A stretch of 64,000 bases of DNA, from positions 29,018,001 through 29,082,000 of the forward strand of contig NC_058368.1 in NCBI RefSeq assembly GCF_018350175.1. Reading direction: 5' to 3'. A program made the translations under genes and the position numbers. This stretch comes from Felis catus. Taxonomy: Eukaryota. Positions 63,906 through 64,000 of this stretch are shown in pieces. Positions within the stretch are counted from its first letter, which is position 1, and every line of letters begins with the position of its first letter. The notes beneath the pieces are model-generated. The model was not told the origin of the DNA and did no database searches. It saw nothing but the letters and a program-made list of their open reading frames with translations.

Positions 63906-64000
63906 AGTATGTTAACAATATTCTGTCACCATGGGGCTCAGAAGATTTTACTGACTTGGGAATTTTTGAGTTCTAGGAAAAAGTATTAACACTGTGTCGG

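Noticed and set aside
16100..64000. RGCC or another neighbouring gene; CRISPR arrays or prokaryotic systems
   Set aside because: No RGCC-like exons were recognised, so it probably lies beyond the window. The DNA is mammalian and has no repeat-spacer arrays.

Overview
Mammalian genomic DNA, almost certainly from a felid, given the abundant carnivore tRNA-derived Can-SINEs of the SINEC_Fc type. The first ~16 kb hold the 3' end of VWA8 (KIAA0564) on the + strand: three coding exons (11246-11344, 12301-12539, 14654-14762), a stop codon and a ~1.3 kb 3' UTR. The remaining ~48 kb look intergenic and repeat-rich: about 25 Can-SINEs window-wide, L1, L2, MIR, MaLR/ERV1 LTRs, MER DNA transposons, and two very long, oppositely oriented GAAA/GGAA tracts. 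No other intact protein-coding gene is supported; the long ORFs in the track are microsatellite artefacts. The most notable observations are: (1) a hairpin at the last VWA8 splice acceptor that resembles human mir-5006; (2) a candidate decayed TATA-driven transcription unit at ~43.6-44.7 kb, possibly a lipocalin-like relic (speculative); (3) a zero-spacer inverted SINE pair with a perfect palindromic core; (4) repeated nesting of retroelements into SINE tails; (5) the paired kb-scale polypurine/polypyrimidine tracts with higher-order structure. Repeat family names come from recalled consensus sequences, not from a database search, and boundaries of old repeats are approximate. I cannot claim a confirmed novel biological system here.
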